Below the pieces are notes generated by a model. The model was not told where the DNA came from. It saw only the letters and a program-made list of their open reading frames with translations, and searched no databases. The position numbers and the translations under genes are program-made. From positions 32,001 through 96,000 of the IMG/VR virus record IMGVR_UViG_3300024331_000007: a stretch of 64,000 nucleotides of DNA; one strand, 5' to 3'. This DNA is from a virus (Duplodnaviria; Caudoviricetes). Shown piece by piece: positions 6,430 through 14,414 of the stretch (position 1 is its first letter; each line of letters begins with the position of its first letter).

Positions 6430-6458
6430 TTTATACAGCTAAGCAGTCTCTTTGTCAA
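6430..6458 (-). promoter_or_regulatory. Promoter facing the tRNA cluster (TTGACA-17-TATAAA; includes TATAAATA)
   Basis: Sigma70 consensus overlapping the T4 late consensus. Confidence 0.65.
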
Positions 6459-6509
6459 GCGTAAATGTATTTATCCTTGAAAAAAGTTTTTGGATCAGTT
6501 TTGGCAAAA

Positions 6510-7007
6510 TTATTTTTGGTCCTGTGCCGCCCTCTGATACGCCTTGTCAGCGATTCTCTGGAACAATGCCTTTGTTTTCTCGAAGATAGACTCAAATGCC
6601 CAACGAATTGGATCGTTCAGTAATGTCCATGCCGCATTCCACGGCCAAAAAACCATCCACCCAATGATTCGATCTGAATGTTCGTCAACCATTACGGTAG
6701 ACGGCTTCTTCGAGTATGCAAAATCTTTCTTTGCCTTTTTCTTGATAAAGACGGACCACTTGCCGATTGAATATACTACGCCAGCCAACAGATATAAAAA
6801 TAGAGAGAAAATAAATTCTTTGGGATTGTGGCGAAGCCATGTGAAGATCGGAACGTTTCCGAAAAATTGAAGAATCAATGCGGTTGCAATTGCCACTCCT
6901 GTTGCCCAACCGGGCGATGCTTCTTCAGAGAGGCAAACAAGTATGGTGAATGAAACGACTATCAACGCCCAAAACCAAAACGTACCTACGATGAATAATT
7001 CGAACAT
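6510..7007 (-). CDS. Hypothetical multi-pass membrane protein
   Basis: Several hydrophobic segments; W/P-rich WMVFWPWN. Confidence 0.75.
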   Translation of the reverse strand: MFELFIVGTFWFWALIVVSFTILVCLSEEASPGWATGVAIATALILQFFGNVPIFTWLRHNPKEFIFSLFLYLLAGVVYSIGKWSVFIKKKAKKDFAYSKKPSTVMVDEHSDRIIGWMVFWPWNAAWTLLNDPIRWAFESIFEKTKALFQRIADKAYQRAAQDQK

Positions 7008-7183
7008 GTCTTTTCCTTTTCTGTGTTATTTTTGTTTTCGATTACTTCCACTAGTTTCTTTGTGTTTTCGATTACTTCCACTAGTTTCTTTGTGTTTTCG
7101 ATTACTTCCACTAGTTTCTTTGTGTTTTCATCGAGACGCCAACCGATGATAATTGCAGCGATAATTATTGAAACTGGTATCAT
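6986..7183 (-). CDS. Small membrane-anchored coiled-coil protein with (ENTKKLVEVI)3
   Basis: ATGA overlap with the Nudix stop; N-terminal TM segment then three exact 10-aa repeats. Confidence 0.6.
   Translation of the reverse strand: MIPVSIIIAAIIIGWRLDENTKKLVEVIENTKKLVEVIENTKKLVEVIENKNNTEKEKTCSNYSS
7033..7129. repeat. 30-bp tandem repeat, 3.2 copies
   Basis: TGTTTTCGATTACTTCCACTAGTTTCTTTG x3 exact, no spacers. Confidence 0.95.
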
Positions 7184-7596
7184 AACCACCCCAACTTTCT
7201 GAATTTTTCGATACACGGCTTCCATATTTTTGGCTGTAAATTCTTCAATTCTGAAATTGGATACCACTTCCAGTTTCCAATTTTGTGCGGTTCATTTTCT
7301 TTTGGTTCGCCGCTGACATATTGCCCCACATAATAGACAGTGAGATAATGCTTGTCTTCGTCTGGGTGCAAATCTTCTGTGAATCCAATCAACTCAACTT
7401 TGCCAACTTTTAAGCCGCACTCTTCCAACGCCTCTCTACGTGCGCATTCTTCGGTGGTTTCGTACAGTTCAAGTTTTCCACCGGGTAAACTTAATTTGCC
7501 ATTCCCAAAATCTGATTCGCGGATTCCAAGCAAAATGGAATCATCTTTCTGAATGATCAATCCTACTCCGATTTGTGGTCGTTTGATTTTTGACAT
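7180..7596 (-). CDS. Nudix hydrolase
   Basis: Nudix box GGKLELYETTEECARREALEECGL. Confidence 0.92.
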   Translation of the reverse strand: MSKIKRPQIGVGLIIQKDDSILLGIRESDFGNGKLSLPGGKLELYETTEECARREALEECGLKVGKVELIGFTEDLHPDEDKHYLTVYYVGQYVSGEPKENEPHKIGNWKWYPISELKNLQPKIWKPCIEKFRKLGWL

Positions 7597-7610
7597 GATT
7601 GACTTTGTTT

Positions 7611-7700
7611 TGGGATAATCTGGAGAGGGACTCGAACCCTATGATTATTTGGGTAGTTAAAAGCTACCTTGGCTCCCCGCCAGCGCAACAGATTATCCCA
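7611..7700 (-). ncRNA. tRNA-Lys(UUU)-like RNA with 11-12-bp terminal helix
   Basis: TGGGATAATCTG/CAGATTATCCCA, GGTAG-CT-TTT-AA-CTACC, AGGG-TTCGAGT-CCCT. Confidence 0.65.
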
Positions 7701-7712
7701 AACTTGTTAAAT

Positions 7713-7874
7713 TTACTTTGATAACTTACCTATGATTCTATCAGCAATAATAACAATTACCAATCCGAAAAGAGCCGTCGCGCCAAAAAGATTTGGACTA
7801 TGAGATGCCACGCCTACGGCAATCGCCGTTAGGAACATACAAAATAGGCACAATAAAAAATCTCGAATGTCCAT
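7713..7874 (-). CDS. Small membrane protein
   Basis: Two TM segments from MDIRDF. Confidence 0.5.
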   Translation of the reverse strand: MDIRDFLLCLFCMFLTAIAVGVASHSPNLFGATALFGLVIVIIADRIIGKLSK

Positions 7875-7875
7875 G

Positions 7876-8088
7876 TTAGTATCCGCTTGGAATTGTGATT
7901 GGAAGGCCGAGGGTACGAATAACCTTTGCCATTCCACGAGCGCGTTCTCGGGCCATGTTAGCTCCGCTGGAATTGCCATCGAAAGAATTTTTGACAGTAT
8001 CGACCAAACGAGAGAACTCGGCTTGAACTTCAGTCACGGATTCAAGAGTTACTTTGACTGGCTGTGTTGCAATTGGATTTTTAGGCAT
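7876..8088 (-). CDS. Hypothetical protein
   Basis: 70-aa ORF with GAAAGGGAAATC RBS. Confidence 0.65.
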   Translation of the reverse strand: MPKNPIATQPVKVTLESVTEVQAEFSRLVDTVKNSFDGNSSGANMARERARGMAKVIRTLGLPITIPSGY

Positions 8089-8102
8089 GATTTCCCTTTC
8101 TG

Positions 8103-8399
8103 TTATACGTCAAGTTTTTGGGTATGCTTGTGTACAAACTCAAAATTACAGACTGTGCAGCGACCCTTGTAAAAACTGTAATATTCGCCGTTCTCAACGC
8201 CTTGACTGTAATCTTCGCGGAATGTTTGTGGTTCAGATTCGTCTACTTTTTTCGCCTCTGCAAGTTTTTCGATAAGAACATTGTATGCCTTAATCGAAAC
8301 TTTTCCATAGGCTTCATTTAACGCCGTTCTCGCGGCCTCGACTTTGTTTGTGTATGTCTGAGTACATTTTGGGCAAACTGTCCAATTATCGGCCCTCAT
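8103..8399 (-). CDS. Hypothetical Zn-ribbon protein
   Basis: CPKC...CTVC; GAAAGGGAATCG RBS. Confidence 0.7.
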   Translation of the reverse strand: MRADNWTVCPKCTQTYTNKVEAARTALNEAYGKVSIKAYNVLIEKLAEAKKVDESEPQTFREDYSQGVENGEYYSFYKGRCTVCNFEFVHKHTQKLDV

Positions 8400-8414
8400 C
8401 GATTCCCTTTCTGA

Positions 8415-8651
8415 TTATTTCGGCGGATAAATGTGAGGATGTTTCAGGATCGATTCAGCAGCATGAATCCATGCGGCTTCTGGTGTTTTGTCAGGCCATG
8501 CAAACCGAAGTCCTTTGGCCGCAAAAATTTCGTAGTTAAAAATACGAACAGGAACAGGACTCGGCGTTGAATACTCATCAAAAAATTGCTTCACAACTTT
8601 TGCTTTTGGAAAATGATTGCGAACAATTTTGATTGCTTCAATCTTTGTCAT
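8415..8651 (-). CDS. Hypothetical protein
   Basis: 78-aa ORF; same GAAAGGGAATCG RBS. Confidence 0.65.
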   Translation of the reverse strand: MTKIEAIKIVRNHFPKAKVVKQFFDEYSTPSPVPVRIFNYEIFAAKGLRFAWPDKTPEAAWIHAAESILKHPHIYPPK

Positions 8652-8965
8652 CGATTCCCTTTCAAAGTTTCAGCAATGAGTTGGATTGATTACCAACTTG
8701 ACTTGTACTGCAACGAATCCCGATAGCATAGCCCCTGATTGTTAGGGAAAATTTTTTAGGACCTTTTCGAACGATCCTACTATGTATCTAACCAGCCCAT
8801 CGTTGCCCCATAGATTGTATGCAAGCGGTATATATGCCAGCTTTGTTGGCTCCGCTGATATTTGCTAGATGCCCATTGTCGCCAATGGCAATATCAATAC
8901 AATTTCAGTCGTCCTATGAAACGGCAGTCCAACACTGCCAGTCATTGCGATACAAACCAAGTATA

Positions 8966-9154
8966 CTAAATATCCACTCGGATGTCAAATAAATACGGAC
9001 AATTTAGTAAAGGCTTTAGAATCACTGTCATATGGACACTTTGAATCCCATTTTCATTTATCTGAATGTAGTCCACCGTCTCAGGATCGATATTTGATTG
9101 CTTGAGATAATCTGTTACGGCTTTCGCCATCTCCTGCTCATTACGCATGTTCAT
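8966..9154 (-). CDS. Hypothetical protein (early, probably leaderless)
   Basis: TTGACT-17-TATCAT 6 nt before MNMRNE. Confidence 0.55.
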   Translation of the reverse strand: MNMRNEQEMAKAVTDYLKQSNIDPETVDYIQINENGIQSVHMTVILKPLLNCPYLFDIRVDI

Positions 9155-9216
9155 TGGCGAATGATAGCAACTTTCGCTGGAAAAGTCAATTGTCATAAAT
9201 ATCAGTGAGGATTGCT

Positions 9217-9888
9217 ATGCTTCTACACGAAATCGAAACAATCGACTTCATTTCAAAATCCAACCAAACCTTCAATACCCTCAAAAAAGATTGGGCGGAA
9301 TTGATAAAGAAGTTTCGTCCCTACCTTCTTGGTACTATTAGTGGAAAGTTTAGAATAGGTGCGGTGGATGGGTCATTGAAGGGGACCTCCTCGAATAAAC
9401 TTGTTGCTGTTTATGATCGACAGGCCAATAAATATGCAGCTTTTTTGCAGCTTGAGAAGTTTTCAGCCAGTGCATATGCTGAATCAGTTGTAGCAGCCGA
9501 CCCTGCCTATCGCGGAATCAATCTTCCTGTACAGTTGTATACATTTCTTGTTCAAGAAGAGGGAATGATTATCGTATCCGATGAAGTACAGACGTTGGGT
9601 GCTCGTTCGATATGGGAAAAGTTGGCCAAGACACCCGGTATTGGCGTGTACGGATATAATGACAAAACTGGAAAAGTTTTCCAAGTAGACATGGACGATC
9701 TATTCAATGAAGATGTGTATGACGAGGGTTTGAATCAGGAAATCGAACATCTTGAGAATGAAGAATACGAATTGCAAGACACAAGAGACGAACGATATTT
9801 TCAGATAAAGAAAGAACTTGAAAAGTTATACGATGCTCGTACCGAAACCAATCATCATATTCGCCTGTTCGCCGCGAGGGCAAAGTAA
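9217..9888 (+). CDS. GNAT-like fold protein, paralog 1
   Basis: VAADPAYRGINLPVQLY...SDEVQTLGARSIWEKL; late promoter TAAATA 9196-9201. Confidence 0.6.
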   Translation: MLLHEIETIDFISKSNQTFNTLKKDWAELIKKFRPYLLGTISGKFRIGAVDGSLKGTSSNKLVAVYDRQANKYAAFLQLEKFSASAYAESVVAADPAYRGINLPVQLYTFLVQEEGMIIVSDEVQTLGARSIWEKLAKTPGIGVYGYNDKTGKVFQVDMDDLFNEDVYDEGLNQEIEHLENEEYELQDTRDERYFQIKKELEKLYDARTETNHHIRLFAARAK

Positions 9889-10613
9889 TGTTGCTTACTG
9901 AGATTGGTCATGCGGGTCATGTAAGAAAAAACGGCGGAATGTTTGCCGAAATTATGCATGATTACATCTCTTTTAGCAACCGCCACAATAAAAAATATAA
10001 TGTGGAAGGAAAAATCGGTCGATTTGAAATTCGTAGCCTGCGAGTGAAACCATTTTCTTCTACTTATCTTTACTATACCTTATTTGACACTAAAAGAAAT
10101 TGTTATGCCGCCGCCGTTACACTGGATCAATTTGGTAGAAATGCTCGAAGTTGGCAGGTTGCTTCGTTGGGTGTCGAGACTGAATATCAGGGGATGAATT
10201 TATCAGTTATGATGTATTCGTGGATGATAACGAAAAATAATTTAATTTTAATAACTGGCATGGAACAATCTGCTGGAGGTAAATTGGTTTGGGAGAGGCT
10301 TGCACAAGTACCCGGAATTTTTATATTTGGTTACGATGTGGAGGATAAAAAGTCATTTCAAGTTGACCAAAATGATTTATTTAATGAAGATGTGTATGCT
10401 GACGAACTAATTAATGAAAGAGATTATTTAGAAAAAGAGTATAACCGAATAGAAAATCAGTTGGATAATTTAGACCCTGATGTTGTTCCAGAATCTAAAA
10501 TAAAAGCTCTGGAAAAAACAATGAACGATTTGTCCGCGCAGATAAACTCACTGGATACTGATATCACAAAAGTAGAAGATTATATTCGTCTTGTCGCAAT
10601 AAAAAAGCATTGA
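9888..10613 (+). CDS. GNAT-like fold protein, paralog 2
   Basis: GVETEYQGMNLSVMMY...EQSAGGKLVWERL; shares FQVDxxDLFNEDVY with paralog 1. Confidence 0.6.
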   Translation: MLLTEIGHAGHVRKNGGMFAEIMHDYISFSNRHNKKYNVEGKIGRFEIRSLRVKPFSSTYLYYTLFDTKRNCYAAAVTLDQFGRNARSWQVASLGVETEYQGMNLSVMMYSWMITKNNLILITGMEQSAGGKLVWERLAQVPGIFIFGYDVEDKKSFQVDQNDLFNEDVYADELINERDYLEKEYNRIENQLDNLDPDVVPESKIKALEKTMNDLSAQINSLDTDITKVEDYIRLVAIKKH

Positions 10614-10638
10614 CATCCTTTGTTTTCACTGCTATACT
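10610..10638 (+). promoter_or_regulatory. Sigma70-type promoter
   Basis: TTGACA-N17-TATACT. Confidence 0.75.
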
Positions 10639-10668
10639 TGGCTCACATATCAAATTTGGGCGTGTTTT

Positions 10669-10863
10669 ATGCTGCTTACGCAAGGTCGCTGGTCACAAAT
10701 TCTCAGTCTGGAGCCAATTGGCTTCCGCAAAGTAAAGTTTGGGTGGTACAGCGTGGCGTTAAAAGACGACCTTGCAATTTACACACTCATTTCACCAAAA
10801 TTTGAAACCAAATGGGACGCAAGACGTTGGTTCAAAGAAAACCGAAAAATTCAAACTAAATAA
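10669..10863 (+). CDS. Hypothetical protein
   Basis: 64-aa ORF after the promoter; start uncertain. Confidence 0.4.
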   Translation: MLLTQGRWSQILSLEPIGFRKVKFGWYSVALKDDLAIYTLISPKFETKWDARRWFKENRKIQTK

Positions 10864-10877
10864 CAATACAGATTTAT

Positions 10878-10953
10878 GGCGGATATAGTTCAATGGCAGA
10901 ACGCTTGCCTGTGGCGCAAGTTGTTGAGGGTTCGAGTCCCTCTATCCGCCCCA
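10878..10953 (+). tRNA. tRNA-His(GUG)
   Basis: G-1:C73, CTTGC-CT-GTG-GC-GCAAG, TTCGAGT, CCA. Confidence 0.92.
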
Positions 10954-10967
10954 ATTCAGGAGACACA

Positions 10968-11180
10968 ATGGGAATTAAGCAATACCGAATTACATCGCAA
11001 TGTATGGACGTTCTCCCACAAGAGAACGATTGCGTATTGCCTGACGACGATCCCATTCACGAAATTCGTGCCGCTCAATTCATGGGCGGAATCGGTAGTG
11101 GACAGAACGAAGATAGAGGTTTTATCAGAAAAATGTTCACAATCGGTGACGAAGAACAGGAGAGACATGGCAATGCTTAG
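10968..11180 (+). CDS. Hypothetical protein
   Basis: MGIKQYRITS..., GGAG RBS. Confidence 0.6.
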   Translation: MGIKQYRITSQCMDVLPQENDCVLPDDDPIHEIRAAQFMGGIGSGQNEDRGFIRKMFTIGDEEQERHGNA

Positions 11181-11218
11181 CGTCAATTAACACGCCGCAT
11201 AGAGAGGGCGGCAATGCC

Positions 11219-11575
11219 ATGTCTCATCCAAAAAACCGTGCCGAAAGAAGGAATCAACGCGAACGAGTCATCGCGGCTCGTCGCTTCGTGTATCTTCATA
11301 TCTGGTATCAGTGGCAAGATAAATACCAGTTCATGCGAGAAGTCTCTAATCCACTTATAAACATTGAGTATGTGTACGAAAAGTACAGGCTGACAAAAAT
11401 TCCGTTCAGTGGCGTTCAGGAATACCCAGATTGGGGGAAGTACGCTAAATGGAATCTTGCATGTACCTGTCGTCATTGTCGTAGGCAAAAGAAGTGGAGT
11501 AGACAGACAGCTAAAAATAGACACAAACTTAAAACTACCGATGCCGATTGGGAATTGCAATACTCAGATGATTAA
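11219..11575 (+). CDS. Hypothetical basic protein
   Basis: 118 aa, Arg-rich, CTCRHC. Confidence 0.6.
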   Translation: MSHPKNRAERRNQRERVIAARRFVYLHIWYQWQDKYQFMREVSNPLINIEYVYEKYRLTKIPFSGVQEYPDWGKYAKWNLACTCRHCRRQKKWSRQTAKNRHKLKTTDADWELQYSDD

Positions 11576-11748
11576 ATGTTGTGTTTCTCTGGAACCGTAG
11601 AAATAAAAACCAAAGCAACTGCCGTAACGGTTCTCACGTTGATGAACAACTCCTGTGGAGACTACTTAAATGCGAGTTTGAAACAGGAGAATTGGATCAA
11701 CTAGTTAGGTATTGATTAAGACAATATCGGCGGCAAACAATAATAGAA

Positions 11749-11776
11749 GGCTCAGCGTTCGCGCTGAGTCTTTTTT
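11749..11776 (+). terminator. Rho-independent terminator
   Basis: GGCTCAGCG-TTCG-CGCTGAGTC followed by a T-run. Confidence 0.8.
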
Positions 11777-11819
11777 ATTGCTCTTTGGTCAGAACACACC
11801 GAAAAACCTAAATACAGGC

Positions 11820-12509
11820 ATGAAAGACCTTCGTCTGTACCATAAAACCCTCATCGCACAGCATATAACGATCATTGCAGCTGTTATTTTCTTCTGTGTT
11901 GGTGCGTTTTTCGTAGGGAAGCAGCTTATTGCAACCCTTCAAACAGTTAATACCGCTGGAAATGATGTGCATGAGACATTCACGCTTGTAAACAGACCTC
12001 GAACAGGAACTCTTGCGGGGATCAACGAAGCGATTTTTGGTGCCAGTGCCTTAATGAAACACTCCAATGGCATTTTGGATCACGAAGAGAAGCAATTAAG
12101 CACTCTGGATAAGCAGGAAGCAGTTCTTTTTGAAGATTTACACAAGATTGCTGTTAACGCGAACGGAGGAATAACCAACCTCAATACAGCAACCACAACA
12201 TTGAACACGCTTTTGGGAAATATTAATAAAGCAGCACTGGAAGCTCCTCAACTTGTCGATAATATTTCAGAGTTGGCAGATAATCTATCCAAAACAACCG
12301 TGGATGCTGATAATACCCTGAATAGCAAAGACGTGAAAACGTTATTGGGATCGTTGGCTGGAACTTCAGTACAGGTTGAAGTAATTACCTCGAACGCGGC
12401 AAAAGTCACTACGCATCTTGAAAAAACGATAGATGCGCCACCAAGTATAAAGCAAAAGATCGAAGGAGCATTTGATCTACTTTGGAAGATTGGAATGTTA
12501 GTTCGTTGA
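11820..12509 (+). CDS. Membrane-anchored coiled-coil protein
   Basis: N-terminal TM segment, heptad-rich body; TAAATA-N5-ATG. Confidence 0.7.
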   Translation: MKDLRLYHKTLIAQHITIIAAVIFFCVGAFFVGKQLIATLQTVNTAGNDVHETFTLVNRPRTGTLAGINEAIFGASALMKHSNGILDHEEKQLSTLDKQEAVLFEDLHKIAVNANGGITNLNTATTTLNTLLGNINKAALEAPQLVDNISELADNLSKTTVDADNTLNSKDVKTLLGSLAGTSVQVEVITSNAAKVTTHLEKTIDAPPSIKQKIEGAFDLLWKIGMLVR

Positions 12510-12534
12510 AATTTTGTATAAACACGGAGAAAAT

Positions 12535-13299
12535 ATGAGCACACCAGCAGCAACAATTCAGCCAGTATGTTTAGGACGAAAAGCAGTTATAACCGACTCT
12601 CGAACTCTCAAAATGGGAGCTTATATTGGCCCTGATCTACCTCCACCTCCTGCATCTGTAGATTGGTCAAATGGTCAATCTTCTGGCTGGGGGATGATGC
12701 TAAACAATAAGTTGGGATGCTGTACTATATGCGGTTGTGCTCATGCCATTCAACTTTGGAGTAAAAGTTTGGGAACAGAAATTACAGTTCCAGATAGCTC
12801 AGTGTTAGCAATGTATGAACTGTGGGATGGATACAATCCTTCCGATCCAAACACTGATCAAGGCGGAATTGAACTTAATGTACTCAATCAGTGGAAAAAA
12901 TCTGGCTTTGCTGGACATAATTTGTTAGCATTCGGTACTGTAAATTATCACAATGTACTTCAGGTGCAGCAATGTATTAATTTATTTGGCGGTTTGTACA
13001 TTGGGCTGGGATTGCCTATCTCGGCTCAACGACAGGATGTGTGGGATGTTGTTTCTGATCCTGTTTCGTCTGAACCTAATAGTTGGGGCGGTCATTGTGT
13101 TTATGTATGTGGCTACGATAAGTATGGAATCAGTTGCATTACGTGGGGTGCTGTTAAAAAGATGTCAGTTGCATTCTTTCTGAAGTATTGTGATGAAGCC
13201 TACGCCCTTATTGGTCAGGATTTCTTCAATGCTCAGGGGAAAAATGTTGCGGGTTTTGATTCTGCGTTACTTTTGGACGATCTATCGCAGATTCGTTAA
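12535..13299 (+). CDS. Papain-like cysteine peptidase
   Basis: GCCTICGCAH (Cys), WGGHCVYVCGYD (His), ITWG. Confidence 0.7.
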   Translation: MSTPAATIQPVCLGRKAVITDSRTLKMGAYIGPDLPPPPASVDWSNGQSSGWGMMLNNKLGCCTICGCAHAIQLWSKSLGTEITVPDSSVLAMYELWDGYNPSDPNTDQGGIELNVLNQWKKSGFAGHNLLAFGTVNYHNVLQVQQCINLFGGLYIGLGLPISAQRQDVWDVVSDPVSSEPNSWGGHCVYVCGYDKYGISCITWGAVKKMSVAFFLKYCDEAYALIGQDFFNAQGKNVAGFDSALLLDDLSQIR

Positions 13300-13313
13300 G
13301 GAGTTTGGTAAAT

Positions 13314-13373
13314 GGGCGCGTCGTCTAATGGATAAGGCACTCCTCTTCCGAAGGAGTAGATAGCAGTTCGACT
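13314..13373 (+). pseudogene. 5'-part tRNA truncated after the T-loop (loop CT-TCC-GA; Arg-like D-loop)
   Basis: GGGCGCG-TC-GTCTAATGGATAAGGC-A-CTCCT/AGGAG-AGCAG-TTCGACT, then no 3' T-stem or acceptor strand. Confidence 0.65.
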
Positions 13374-13424
13374 TTATAGGTCAAACAACAGCTATTTTTC
13401 GCTAAATATAGGCAGAAAGGATAC

Positions 13425-13865
13425 ATGAACATGACCAGAAAAGAATATCTGCGTCAATACAGAGAAGATAACCAAAAACGTATTTCTAAACAGAACAAGA
13501 AATACTATCAAGACAACAAGAAACGTATTGATGCTCGTATCAAACTATACGAACAGAATAATAAAGAACAAAAAATTTTGCGCAGAGCTAAAAAACGAGC
13601 AATCGCTGATAACATTCCATTTGATATTGACGTTACGGATATTGTGATACCATCGCATTGTCCTATCCTTCAAATACCTCTTGTAAAAAGTAGTAAACAT
13701 GCTTCTGATAATTCTCCTTCGTTGGACAAAATTATTCCTTCATTTGGATATGTAAAGGGCAATGTACAAATAATTTCTAACAAGGCAAACAGGTTAAAGA
13801 GTAACGCATCATTAGAAGATTTGGTTCAGTTAGGAAATTGGGCCAAACGGCATTTAGAGGTATGA
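13425..13865 (+). CDS. HNH homing endonuclease
   Basis: CPILQIPL...SPSLDKIIPSFGYVKGNVQIISNKANRLK. Confidence 0.85.
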   Translation: MNMTRKEYLRQYREDNQKRISKQNKKYYQDNKKRIDARIKLYEQNNKEQKILRRAKKRAIADNIPFDIDVTDIVIPSHCPILQIPLVKSSKHASDNSPSLDKIIPSFGYVKGNVQIISNKANRLKSNASLEDLVQLGNWAKRHLEV

Positions 13866-13866
13866 T

Positions 13867-14388
13867 ATGGCTTTTGAAGACGCATTTGAATTTATGATGG
13901 ACAATGAGGATTACCCTCGTCAATATAAAACCGTGCCCGACTCTCCACCGGGAGCCTTTGCAATCAGTGGGATCAACAGCGCATCGTATCCGACACAGTT
14001 CAATACGATTAATGCTATTCCGCAAGCACAAAGAGGGCCAGCAATCGAATCATTCTATCAGACAACATTCTGGAATCATTGGCTTGACCAGTTAACATCA
14101 GTAGAATTGGCAAAGAGGGTATTTGACAGTGCGGTAAATATGGGTCCTCATATGGCTGTTCGGTTATTACAGACCGCAATCAATTCTATTGTTCCATCTG
14201 CTGTTATTGTTGACGGAACATGGGGTCCAAACACTGTAATACATGCAAATGCTATTCCAGCACAAGGACCGATTAATATTGTTGACGCTTTTCGGGAAGT
14301 TAGGGAACAACATTACAAGGATATTGTTGCTAATAATCCAGATGATCAAAAATATTTGAAAGGATGGCTTGCCAGAGCAGGAAAATAA
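13867..14388 (+). CDS. Endolysin, glycoside hydrolase family 108 with PG-binding C-terminus
   Basis: ISGIN, VFDSAVNMGP..AVRLLQ, DGTWGPNT, KYLKGWLAR. Confidence 0.85.
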   Translation: MAFEDAFEFMMDNEDYPRQYKTVPDSPPGAFAISGINSASYPTQFNTINAIPQAQRGPAIESFYQTTFWNHWLDQLTSVELAKRVFDSAVNMGPHMAVRLLQTAINSIVPSAVIVDGTWGPNTVIHANAIPAQGPINIVDAFREVREQHYKDIVANNPDDQKYLKGWLARAGK

Positions 14389-14390
14389 AG

Positions 14391-14414
14391 AAGGCCGCTT
14401 AGCGGCCTTTCTTT
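14391..14414. terminator. Bidirectional terminator
   Basis: AAGGCCGC-TTA-GCGGCCTT between convergent genes. Confidence 0.8.

Noticed and set aside
7033-7129. Possible CRISPR array
   Set aside because: 30-bp units are contiguous with no spacers and lie in frame within a coding gene.
8700-8760. tmRNA-like 5' end (GGGGCT...GGATTCG) on the minus strand
   Set aside because: No matching T-arm/CCA 3' end or tag reading frame found nearby.
11576-11704. Hairpin-rich spacer (CTCCTGT/ACAGGAG, GTTGAT/ATCAAC) as ncRNA
   Set aside because: A 42-aa ORF spans it and precedes a terminator; cannot distinguish the two, so it is not called.
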